From positions 7,719 to 71,718 of the forward strand of contig CAZUET010000001.1 in assembly GCA_964619685.1 (NCBI GenBank): 64,000 nt of DNA. The letters run 5' to 3'. This document shows, in pieces, positions 63,475-64,000 of the stretch (the stretch's first letter is position 1; each line of letters opens with the position of its first letter). Under the pieces are notes generated by a model, which saw only the letters and a program-made list of their open reading frames with translations, ran no database searches and was not told the origin of the DNA. The translations under genes and the position numbers were made by a program. Origin of the DNA: an uncultured Christensenellaceae bacterium (lineage in GTDB: Bacteria; Bacillota; Clostridia; Christensenellales; CAG-1252).

Positions 63475-64000
63475 TTATTCGGTTTCTACTTGGGCTTCGG
63501 TTGGTTGTACTTTCTTTTTCTTATCGGGAGCTATTTCAGATAAGACCTTGACAAAGGATCTTGACATCATCAAGATGCATCCTAATACGATTGAAATTGC
63601 GGTATCGGGTAAAACATAAGAGCTTGTATATACAAGACTGTAGATATATACTGAACTAAATTCTTCGGGCGCAAAAGAGCCAAATGCAAATGCCCCAGCC
63701 ATAAAGTGAGATAAAAATCTACAAACACATGCAAGTAAGCTACCCAATAAAAAGGTTATACATTTATTATCAATTTTCTTCACCTTTCCAAAACAGCCCG
63801 TCAAGCCAAAGGATGCATAAGCTAATGGATAATCAAGCAAAAATTGGGCAGGATGCAATAACCATGGATCTTGTGCAGCTTGAAGCATTCCTATAGCAAA
63901 CCCTAATACAACGCCTTTTTTAGTCCCAAAAATGTACGAATATAGCATTATTGGCAATACTTGTGCAAGAGTTATAGATCCACCCATTGGTGCTCTAAAT
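63475..64000 (-). CDS. thiT: ECF-transporter thiamine S-component ThiT/YuaJ (5' end beyond the window)
   Basis: The frame stays open upstream of the track Met (..FRAP-MGGSITL). Blocks P.GGS.(S/T), HPAQFLLDY, AGAFAFGSFAP and YIYSLVYTSSYVLP parallel B. subtilis YuaJ. Confidence 0.8.
   Translation of the reverse strand, partial: FRAPMGGSITLAQVLPIMLYSYIFGTKKGVVLGFAIGMLQAAQDPWLLHPAQFLLDYPLAYASFGLTGCFGKVKKIDNKCITFLLGSLLACVCRFLSHFMAGAFAFGSFAPEEFSSVYIYSLVYTSSYVLPDTAISIVLGCILMMSRSFVKVLSEIAPDKKKKVQPTEAQVETE

Noticed and set aside
1-64000. Search for prophage, IS or integrative-element hallmarks (integrase, transposase, terminase, tRNA attachment site) and for rRNA/tRNA genes
   Set aside because: No ORF shows recombinase or transposase motifs, and no cloverleaf-like or rRNA-like sequence was seen in intergenic regions. 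The accessory patch at 55.5-61.7 kb therefore cannot be called a defined mobile element.

Overview
64 kb of AT-rich chromosome from a low-GC Gram-positive bacterium. It looks Bacillota-like: GGAGG Shine-Dalgarno sites, many Cys-lipobox signal peptides, T-box, S-box and L-box leaders, and Bacillus-like yaaO-holB-ricT and rpmE-prmC-prfA neighbourhoods. The code is standard and TGA is a stop. Left to right the window holds: thyA (partial); a GLUG-repeat lipoprotein; a P-type Ca-ATPase; a 2081-aa lipoprotein with no recognisable domain, followed by folD-nudF-DUF4349; a frameshifted transglutaminase-like gene; mscL; two phosphoesterases; T-box-controlled thrS; and rubrerythrin. Next is a ~14 kb glycan-utilisation locus (Big_2 surface protein, two lipoprotein SBPs, GH97, two permeases, an unusually long MalK-like ATPase, LacI regulator, Gfo/Idh/MocA oxidoreductase). 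After it come a lysine-riboswitch-controlled amino-acid ABC transporter, an orphan zinc-ribbon/vWA protein, comEC, ricT, holB, a Crp/Fnr regulator with a divergent NitT/TauT-type ABC transporter, a SAM-I riboswitch in front of an uncharacterised 91-aa protein, rpmE, a DUF1385-PrmC fusion and prfA. The right end is an accessory patch (membrane-anchored NACHT-LRR STAND NTPase, GNAT, Y-family polymerase plus YolD-like), then yitT, trmL and thiT (partial). Three things stand out. (i) The NACHT-LRR gene has NLR architecture and is a candidate single-gene defence or sensor system. (ii) A modular, hairpin-forming intergenic repeat family occurs at seven loci and is concentrated around the accessory patch. 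(iii) An S-box riboswitch controls an orphan cargo gene. I recognised no rRNA, tRNA, CRISPR array, transposase or integrase. All family assignments come from motif recognition by eye and have not been checked against databases.
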